A DNA stretch of 64,000 nt, from positions 190,650,001 through 190,714,000 of the forward strand of contig OZ024743.1 in the NCBI GenBank assembly GCA_964016885.1. Reading direction: 5' to 3'. Positions within the stretch are counted from its first letter, which is position 1, and each line of letters opens with the position of its first letter. Positions 54,593 to 64,000 of this stretch are shown piece after piece. The stretch is from Eledone cirrhosa (lineage: Eukaryota). Under the pieces are notes generated by a model. The model searched no databases. It was not told where the DNA came from and saw only the letters and a program-made list of their open reading frames with translations. The position numbers and the translations under genes were made by a program.

Positions 54593-54785
54593 ACTATTCT
54601 CATCTAAGTATCCAGGCAAAGCGTGGACTCTGGAAACTTATTAAAAAATAATTCAGTGGATAGGATATATATATATATATACATAGTAATAATAATAAAT
54701 TTGAAGACTAAAATCCAAAGACGGCTCGATAAGGATAAATATATATCAAATATATAAGAACCGTAGAGCAAATATTATTAAAATA

Positions 54786-54861
54786 ACAGATTAAAGTTTA
54801 AGCAAAGAATCGCTGCTTTCACCCTTAACGGGATCTTCTGAAACTAACAAAGTCAATCTGT
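54786..54861 (-). ncRNA. Type I hammerhead ribozyme, CAGAAGA variant
   Basis: Reverse complement of 24772-24847. Confidence 0.75.
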
Positions 54862-55759
54862 GAACGCAGAAGCGAATATTTCAAAAAACGTTGCAACCGG
54901 AGGAAGACAGGAAGACGATACTTTGGTTCGTGGAAACGTTCCCTGGCAAAGAACGGGAAAAAACGAATATAATACGTCATTATTTGGAGCGGTAAAAAAC
55001 AATTACACGCAAGGACAAAACTACGTTTATAGTATAAAAGAAGTCGTAGACTAATATTCTCTTAGGTGGTTCAAAGAGACGTTCTCTGGCAACGAATGTA
55101 AAAAACGAAGATAATACGTCATATCTGGAGCGTATAGAACAATTGCACGCAAAGACAAAACCACGTAAATGGTATAACTGAAGTCGTAGACTAAAATTCT
55201 AACTAGGAAACCGAATGATTCTCGGCTTCAGAGTTAAGAATAAAGTAAATAAAATACAGAGGTAATTGAAATTAAATAAACACATACACGCATCCATATT
55301 GTCTACAAATGTAAGGTTGAAACACCCACGTCCCGTAGGGCCTACATAGGGTTAACCGCCAATAGATTCAAGCAGCGTCTTTACATGCATACCCATTCTT
55401 TTCGTTACCCTCTAAGAAGGAATATGACGTCACTTTCAGCTTATATCTGGAGTCTAAAAGACAGCCACACCCAATATAAGTTACACTGGGAGATCCTAAC
55501 TAGGGCTAGATCGTATAACGGAAATAAAAGACCATGTGACCTCTGCGCCGCTGAAGCCCTGGAAATACTCTACGCCACAGACCACATCTTAAACAAAAAA
55601 TCTGAGGCAATTTCGGCTTGTAAACATAAATTGCACAAAACTTTCCTGTATTACAGCCCCACGTTATACCCTACGGATAGTACGATCTATATGCGGATAT
55701 TTTACGTCGATGTGGTGGTTAAGTATATGTTATGTTTATACCATTACTTATTTGCATAG

Positions 55760-56061
55760 GTAAGTATATATTACCTGTATGTTTAATGAAGGTACGTATA
55801 CTTTCTCATACGTATATCTGATTGTATATGTTATGGCGTATATTTTACATATTCTGGTACATATGCTTTTGGTTATGTGTATACGTGAGTTTTGCGTCTG
55901 TGTGAGTATGCGGGTTCGTACGCATGTAGGGTGTGTGTTTATGTGTACTTCGTGTTTTGGTTGAGGTACGTCTCCGAACATTTGTGTATTTACACGTAGG
56001 TATGTGTGTGCGCTTGTTATATACGTATTCATTTATTTATATACGTTTATTTAATTATTTG

Positions 56062-56126
<65 letters not shown>

Positions 56127-56405
56127 ACACACACACATATTCATATGTGCGTGTATTTGTATACCTATGTATGCTTGTGTATGTACGTATATGGATGCGT
56201 GTATGTATTTATTTAATTTCCATTACCTCTGTATTTTATTTACTTTATTTTTAACTCTGAAGCCGAGAATCATTCGATTTCCTAGTTAGAATATTAGTCT
56301 ACGACTTCTTTTATACCATAAACGTGGTTTTGTCCTTGCGTGTAATTGTTTTTCACCGCTCCAAATAATGACGTATTATATTCGTTTTTTCCCGTTCTTT
56401 GCCAG
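55760..56405 (+). other. Spliceosomal GT-AG intron in the PLE pseudo-LTR/UTR
   Basis: catag|GTAAGT..tttttcccgttctttgcCAG|ggaacg; precisely absent at 24699/24700 and at ~22077. Confidence 0.88.
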
Positions 56406-56486
56406 GGAACGTGTCCACGAACCAAAGTATCGTCTTCCTGTCTTCCTCCGGTTGCAACGTTTTTTGAAATATTCACTTCTGCGTTC

Positions 56487-56562
56487 ACAGATTGACTTTG
56501 TTAGTTTCAGAAGATCTCGTTAAGGGTGAAAGCAGCGATTCTTTGCTTAAACTTTAATCTGT
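56487..56562 (+). ncRNA. Type I hammerhead ribozyme, CAGAAGA variant
   Basis: agttt-CAGAAGA-t ctc gttaa ggg t-GAAA-gcag..ttgc-TT-aaact. Confidence 0.72.
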
Positions 56563-56587
56563 TATTTTAATAAATATATATATGCAC

Positions 56588-56724
<137 letters not shown>

Positions 56725-56784
56725 GAAATAACAGAAAACAAAAAAACAAACGAACGGAGCAGTAAAAGATATATGGTATTATTA

Positions 56785-56975
56785 TGCCAGGGGATTGGCA
56801 GTATTGGTAGAAAGTCGACGCCATGCTTTTTATCATAGAGTTACGCCCCTTTACAGTCTGAGTTCAAATCCGGCCAAGGTTTACTTTGTCTTTCATCCTC
56901 AAGGGGTTGATAAAATAAAGTAACAGTAATGTACTGGGTAATTGCTGGCCTTGTGTCGAAAATAAAAACGATGAT
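56785..56975 (+). mobile_element. tRNA-derived SINE family A, within inverted-duplication segment B' (56720-57030)
   Basis: Family motifs; both flanks also match 61955-62256 in reverse complement. Confidence 0.88.
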
Positions 56976-57039
56976 TACCTTCACGCTTGGTAAAAGTGTG
57001 TGTGTGTGGGGGGGGGTTATATGTATATATATATATATA

Positions 57040-58740
57040 TAAGAATTAAAACACTTGAGTGTGTTGGAGTTAAACACCCTCTTCATATTATAGAAATGAC
57101 AGTAAAGGTATAGCTCAATGTAATTAAACAGTCTTTTGGCTACCATACTATATCTTTCTTCTTAAATATTATATTTTCACTATTAACACCTTATGAGTTT
57201 ATATCTGATTATATATTTTATTTTATTTTATTTTATATTATTTTATTTTATTTTATTTTATTTGGATTCTCATTTAGATAATTAACCCCCTCCCCCCCCC
57301 CCCCACACACTTGTCATTCGCCCCTTCAATTATACTATAATTATATTCAATTCCCTTTTATGCCCCTTTCTATTGTATAATACACTATATTGATTATAAT
57401 TTTATGCTCCTTCGCATCCTCCATACATTTCTTTTTTCTGTCCCCATTGGCCTACCATAGTTCTATTTAAAGTCTGTTTATTGGATAACGTTATTCAACT
57501 GATAGTAAAGTATTTCATTCTATTCTGGATGTTCTTATTGAGATATCTTAGACTTTGGAGATTTTGATTACTTAAACCATAGCTAATTTTGTATTGACTT
57601 ATTATGTATTTTGGATACTTTCAATATTAATTTATTTAATAGGGTTTTTTAGTCATTTATCCGGGTTTGATTCCTAATTTTTTTACTTGTGACACCTAAG
57701 TAAATATACTTGTTTTTGTTTCTCGATTTCTGGTTGATTCTATTTTACTTATATTTAAATTTTTTTACTACTGTGCGTAGTTTCTGTCTGGTTCTTATTC
57801 ACTTATTCACATATGTCTGTCTACCAACCATGTAATTATGTATATTATACTATGTTCATTATTTGATATTGATGTACCCTTATGTTAAATTTTGTAAATT
57901 CTGTAATATGTTTATATTTTTATAATTTTTGTAATGTTTAGATAATACTTATTTATACCAATTGTATAAAAACTTGACCTCCGTCTGTTTTCTTACAACG
58001 GTATAGATATTTTTTCCAGCACAATCTTTTCAACACAATTTAGTTCTGTATGATATTTTTTCTCACCCCCTGTGTGTAACTTTATATGATTTGTTAAGTT
58101 ATATGCCAATATATTATAATATTGTTATTATAGTGTTATTGTAATATTTATACTGTTTGTGAAAATTGACCGGATTTTATTAATTATATATTTATATAGT
58201 ATATTATATTTTATATGTTTACTTTTACTCATTTCTTTATCATTTTATACTGTAAATAATATATGTATTATTTTTATTTTTATTTAAACTCTTAATAGGT
58301 GTTAGTTTGGGTTTGTATAGATGGATATGTGTATTGATATATATATATGTATATGTATATGTGTACATATGTATATGTATATGTATGTTTATTGGGCCTT
58401 TTAATATTATTATCATTATCAATTATATTATATTATATTATATTTAGCACCGTAATTCTCCCTTTATATCACCACTTGTGTTTAGCTTTAGTTTTTGCAT
58501 TGTACTATATTTGTAATATGGTTCAAAATGTTATTCACTTCCTTAGCAATTTTTACTTGATAATTTTCCTATGCTTTAATGTATGTATACTCCATATTCT
58601 TCTGAGTTTTGGGCTTGTATTGGCCGATAGTGCTTCTTATAGCTTTACTTGCCCTGATGAGTACTTAATAGGACGAAACATTGTTGGCTAATAAAGACTT
58701 TTGATGTATTGAAGGCTTCTTTGGTTTATTTCTTAATATA
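57040..58740 (+). mobile_element. Long T-rich PLE-type 3' region ending in an HHR
   Basis: Terminal ~90 nt resemble the 3' end of the PLE at ~11880-11970; (TA)n flanks; absent from the right arm of the inverted duplication. Confidence 0.6.
58651..58688 (+). ncRNA. Minimal type I hammerhead ribozyme
   Basis: gcc-CTGATGA-gtac ttaata ggac-GAAA-c att g-TT-ggc t AATAAA; stem I extends via cttta/taaag. Confidence 0.8.
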
Positions 58741-59304
58741 TATATATATACTATATTATATTTTGAGAATAAACTCTCAGTCGTTTATAATAATCAAGCT
58801 CCAAGAAAAGGGGCATTTCAAAATATAATATAGTATATTGCTCCTTAACTGTAGAGCTGATCTTTAATCCCGCATAAACGGCTGTTATTTCTAGCACCGG
58901 GAATGCGAGACGGCTAGTTTGGCCTGGCTACACACGTGTAGTCAGACCTGCAAAATTTGTGATGTGAGATGTACTAATTTTACTGGATTCCTGTTGATAA
59001 GCACAGAAGATTTGGATATTTCACTTTTTATTTCAATTCCATTTCGATTCTCTTTATTTTTCAATTCACATACCACCGTTGCGAAACGGATTTAGGTTTC
59101 GAGGTTCAAATTCGTCTACAGAACAGGTTTGGATTTTGAAATTTAAATCTGTCCAGGAATCATGGCCGTTGCCAATATAAGCTTGTCTTTATTGACTTAT
59201 ATCGAGACAGACAAATTGTATTCACTTTAATTAGTTTATTTCATTAATAGCTAACTTTGTCTGTTGCAATGCAAACACATTTTGTGTTTATCATATATTT
59301 TAAT

Positions 59305-59615
59305 GTATATATATATATATATACATCTATGCCATGTCTTTCCTTTATCTCAGTCACAGTTATTAGAATAGATTTTTATATTGTAATTCTTGTCTATGCA
59401 TGCTAATGTACTTCCTTCCCTATCTCCTTTTTATGAATCTACACTACCTTTGTCTTCCTAAATACTATGCATACTTAGAACATTTTGAAATCTGCTACTA
59501 AGGCATTGGAGCAAAACATTAGATTCACATTAAACACACCTATCATTATTTCCCACCTCACACTTTTGTAAGAACATGTAGAGCATCAATAATATAAAAT
59601 ATAAAAATTTGGTTA
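59305..59615. repeat. Inverted-duplication segment A' (partner 61664-61965)
   Basis: Near-identical reverse complement with one small indel. Confidence 0.92.
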
Positions 59616-61663
59616 TGTTTCTTTAGATCCAGCTATTGCTCTTGCTTTATGGGACTGGGGTCATCCTGTATAGAGCTGACCATGTCCACCAGAGCCCTCC
59701 ATTATTGGCATTCGTTTTCACCTCTGTATATCCCCAAAAATCAAAACACTATTAGCTATTAACCAATAATGTTTTTACTTCAAGCCACTATTTGTAATTA
59801 GCTCTCTCAATATATTAACCCTAATGAAACTATATATTTTTATGCAAATAGCATATTGAAATTATTATTCACTAAACAATTTTATTTTACTATTCCTAAC
59901 AATGTATAACTTTGAACATTTTTTCATTCTCATTTCAGCGAGTATAGTGAAGTCTCTTTTTTGCAGATAAGGTTGTAATAAGCCCCAAACATGTCCATAA
60001 TTGTCTCTTTTACTTTCTCCCAAAATGAAAATAATATTGATTAATAACTAATATTGTTTTTCTGTGAGCATGTAATTGATTCTAGTTAGCTTTCTTAATG
60101 CTCTATACATTGCATATGTGAACACTAAGTTCGCTATCTTTATGTGGATGGTGTATTTAAATAAACATTATTTTTAAAATATAAATGTTAGAATTTAATA
60201 TATTAATATCCAGTCCTTTTCTCTTGGGTTCATTTGCACCACCCACCAGTTTCATGACATGAAAATCCTGGGGTATCTTGATTATTGTAGCAAAACAGTA
60301 TTTATACTGAGTGAGAAGAGTTATGTAATAAGAGGCAAACGTCTGTTTTCAATCACTTTAATGTCATTTAACTTAAATTTAATCTCTAACTTTCAGAAAT
60401 AGCCAAACAAACAACATACTCCTTTCCTATTCTTCACTCCTAAAATATAGGGCATGTGTACATATTCATAAATAAACTGGTTTGTAATATTTAATAAGAA
60501 TTTGACTTTGTAAAATTGGGTAGTTAAAGTATTTGTGTTTTTAAGAAATAGCACATTGATGAAGCTAGAATCTAGACCATAATTTAAAACCCAACTAAAA
60601 TAAAAGAAACATATTACAAAGCTTTCTTCAATAAAGTTAAACCAAACATTACAAAAAGAGAACTGATTGCAGTCATACATTACTATGAGCATAACTCTCC
60701 CAGCAATAAATTGAAGTTTGAGATATTTCTGAACCACTCATTTCATTTAAGTAGGTAAATAACAATGGAAAAAACAAATGATATCAATTTAAATCTATTT
60801 TTTTTTATTTCACATTCTACAAATTCCTATTTCTAGCCAGCATTAGCTATGTAACATATTCATAGGTCAGAAAACATTCAGATTTTGAGACATGTTTACA
60901 TAGTTATACCAAACTTGAGCATCAAGAAGATCTTTTCCTTCTTTTAAGAGATTCTTCTATAAGCAAATTAGACAGAATGAGAAAGAGAAAGAGAATACCA
61001 ATAGACACTGAATGACATGAAAATAATAGAAAATCAACTAAAATGTCATATTTGAGTGGCATTTTAATGGAAACATCTTTTCTTCAACCTGACACAAGCT
61101 ACTCCTGTTTTGTGGTGATAGCAAAGAAAGACATTTAGGAGGAGATTTAATCTGAGTTTCTTTGCATTGTTGTTTTACTGTGTCAAAATAGTTTCATAAC
61201 TCTTCACTGTGGGAGAGAGAAAATGCATGACAAGAAATAGAAAACAAAAAACCGGGATCAAAGAGAAAAAATTGGAACAGTAAAAAAGATAGGGCTAGAA
61301 AGACAGAAGAGAGAGAAGTGGGGAGGATGGTGGTTAGGAATGCACTAGAAATACCACAAGGAAAAGAGAAGTTGAAAGCTGTCCAGAAAAATACAAGCAA
61401 CAAAGAAATAGAAAATAAAAGCAGATACAGGGAGATGCATTAAGAACAAAGAGAGAGAATTATAAATGATGGGAAAATAGGTTATAATACTAAACAGATA
61501 TAAAATAAAACAATTGAATTTTGACTCCTTTGTGAAAACTATATTTTCTAATGGCGATCACAAAAAAAGCAAATGTTTGCTCTTCATCAATATGAATAAG
61601 ATTTCTTAAAATTTAGATGATATCCTTGAACAAGCAGTGAATACCTGATGTCAATTCCTACAA

Positions 61664-62255
61664 TGACCACATTATTATATTTTATATTATTGATGCTCTA
61701 TATGTCCTTACAAAAGTGTGAGGTGGGAAATAATGATAGGTGTGTTTAATGTGAATCTAATGTTTTGCTCCAATGCCTTAGTAGCAGATTTCAAAATGTT
61801 CTAAGTATGCATAGTATTTAGGAAGACAAAGGTAGTGTCATAAAAAGGAGATAGGGAAGGAAGTACATTAGCATGCATAGACAAGAATTACAATATAAAA
61901 ATCTATTCTAATAACTGTGACTGAGATAAAGGAAAGACATGGCATAGATGTATATGTATATATATACCCCCTCCCCCACTCTCACCAAGCGTGAAGCTAA
62001 TAATTGTTTCTATTTTCGGCACAAGGCCAGCAATTACCCAGTACATTACTGGTACTTTATTTTATCGACCCCATGAGGATGAAAGGCAAAGTTAACCTTG
62101 GCGGGATTTGAACTCAGACTGTAAAGGAGCGTAACTATATGATACAAAGCATGGCATCCAACCTTCTACCTATACTGCCAATCTTCTGCCATAATAATAC
62201 CATATAACATTTACTCCTCCGTTTGTTTGTTTTTTTGTTTTCTGTTATTTCGAAC

Positions 62256-62302
<47 letters not shown>

Positions 62303-62655
62303 CATCCATCAGTTCCAATGACATGTGTCTAGTTTGATCAAAGGACTCTGAGGATAGTTGACATCCTGTTTGTTCTGGAGGAAATCCACCTGCTGACTCA
62401 TCCATTTACCTCCTCCAACTTTTACTTATTAATAGCTATTATCATCACAGTACCTCAAATCCCCCCCCTCTCACCCTATACATTGCTCTGTCAATTGCCA
62501 CACCCCACAACTATTTTCATACACACATTATCCTTCTCTCTTCCAGCCAAGGAAATATGCATATTTGACATGTTTACTTATCTATATGCTAAAAATGTGT
62601 AAATTCATATAGTCTCAGTTAATTCTATTATATGTACTCAGATATAAATTTATCA

Positions 62656-62701
<46 letters not shown>

Positions 62702-63118
62702 AATAAACAGGGCCTGTGTAGCTGCTGAATAAGGTGTACTTATAAAAAGAGGAAAGCAAGAACGGGAGAACATTTTGCTTCATTAGTTGTCTGCTGGGGG
62801 TCTTGGACATTTCAACGCATTAAAGATAATATGTCTCACCTCAGTGAATCAATAACCCAAGGAAGTTATTGGGAAAAAAGAGGGAAAAATATAGTACCAG
62901 AAGGGAAAAAGGAAAAAAACAGCGAAAAAAAATGGGAAACAAGAAACCAAAAAGGGAAACCCGAAGCACATATGTGTGAGCAACTCAGAGAGAGAAAGAA
63001 AAATGAAAGTCAACATCAATTACTGAACATAAGTTCGAGATTTGTGTGGGCGTGTGTGTGTGTGTGTGTGTTGGTATGTGAGTCAGCGTTTAGAGTTCTT
63101 GTCATGAGTTAATTTCCC
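61664..63118. repeat. Uninterrupted right arm (A-B-C) of the large inverted duplication
   Basis: Collinear inverted matches to 59305-59615, 56720-57030 and 50076-50925. Confidence 0.9.
62000..62192 (-). mobile_element. tRNA-derived SINE, family A
   Basis: Reverse complement of the family motifs. Confidence 0.9.
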
Positions 63119-63380
63119 AGACAGAGCATTGCTTCCTTGAGCAAGATGCTTTATTTCACTATGCTCCTATCCACACAGCTGGCAAAAATGAATTATGCCT
63201 ATAATTTAAGGGGTGAGCCTTGTCACAAATGCGTCATACTCAATCTTTCAAAGAACTACATTATGGGTGTTTGTATTTATAGTCTGCTCAGCCACCTACA
63301 TATTTATTCTATGATTAAGCAGTTCCAATGATTGAATCAACTGGAGCACTCATTAGCAGAAATGGTGGTGGTCGACAACA
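63078..63380 (+). mobile_element. tRNA-derived SINE, family C
   Basis: ccttgagcaagatgctttatttcac..cagctggcaaaaatga; decayed tRNA-like head. Confidence 0.7.
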
Positions 63381-63387
63381 TTTTACG

Positions 63388-63672
63388 TGGAGACACGTGG
63401 CCTAGTAGTAAGGGTGTTGGACTTACGATTATAATGTTGTGGGTTCAATTGCTGGTTGTGTGTTGTGATCTTGAGCAAAACACTTCATTTTACGTTGCTC
63501 CAGTATACTTAGCTGAATATGAGTACTTGCAATAGCTGGGGGGTTAACCCTGCAATGGACTGGCATCCTTTCCAAGGAGCAGTCTTGTATTCTCAGTTGC
63601 TTGATGCCATGAAACCGGGATAAGCACTATCCGAATGAGCCTTCTGGCTTAAGACTGACTTTAGACTTTAGA
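63388..63672 (+). mobile_element. tRNA-derived SINE, family B
   Basis: A-box tggcctagtagt, B-box gggttcaatt, cttgagcaaaacactt, gaaaccgggataagc, (ctttaga)n tail. Confidence 0.8.
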
Positions 63673-63844
63673 CAACAACATATTACATGCTATATATATA
63701 TGTATATATATATATATATATATATCATAATGTTATGCTTTGAGAGAATCATACTGTTAATAAAAACAGACTCATCAGTTGAGTTTCATTTTTGTTTTAT
63801 TATTGGTCATGTAAAGCCTGTGTGATTAAATCAGTAACCATTAT

Positions 63845-64000
63845 GTGGATTGGCAGTATCGGTAGAGGGTCGGGCGCCATGCTTTGATGCATTGAGTTAC
63901 AGCCCTTGCCATTCTGAGTTCAAATCCTGCCAAAGTTAACTTTGCCTTTCATCCTTACGGGGGTTGATAAAATAAAGTACCAGTAATGCACTGGGTAATG
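63845..64000 (+). mobile_element. tRNA-derived SINE family A (runs off the window)
   Basis: ggattggcagtatcggtagagg..gagttcaaatcc..ctttcatccttacggg. Confidence 0.9.

Larger units (their letters stand above)
53951..54665 (-). mobile_element. Retrozyme-like / non-autonomous PLE unit: 508-bp monomer plus 207-bp repeat, each repeat with an HHR
   Basis: Direct repeats 53951-54157 and 54459-54665 (3 substitutions seen); no ORF; (TA)n on both flanks. Confidence 0.8.
54683..56575 (+). mobile_element. Hydra-type PLE 3' portion (GIY-YIG C-terminus plus intron-containing UTR) with an inverted partial duplicate at 54683-55299
   Basis: 55298-55759 is nearly identical to 24235-24699; the inverted arm mirrors the 3' end; junction microhomology at 55298-55299. 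Confidence 0.9.

Noticed and set aside
58920-58950. Short palindrome ggcctggctacacacgtgtagtcagacc
   Set aside because: Single short hairpin with no partner end or supporting context.

Overview
AT-rich, microsatellite-saturated animal genomic DNA. The SINE and RTE repertoire suggests an octopod cephalopod (inference). No host protein-coding gene is confidently supported. The window is a stack of mostly dead retroelements inserted at or beside (TA)n tracts: three long RTE LINEs carrying a PHD finger inside the RT domain, an R4/Dong-type RLE LINE, CR1 and Vingi/Ingi fragments, several Penelope-like elements (PLEs; Hydra-type and Neptune-type) and about 13 tRNA-derived SINEs. The most interesting signals are non-coding. 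(1) At least nine well-formed type I hammerhead ribozymes (HHRs) and many relics, including a 508-nt retrozyme-like unit bracketed by two HHRs (53951-54665). (2) A PLE family with a CAGAAGA-core HHR variant, present both with a 646-nt GT-AG intron and precisely spliced. (3) A spacer-less 646-bp palindrome built from HHR-like halves (34775-35420). (4) A ~1.4-kb inverted duplication (50-63 kb) whose left arm gained about 8 kb of insertions at (TA)n sites while the right arm keeps the empty sites. All folds and alignments were done by eye; element boundaries are approximate unless stated.
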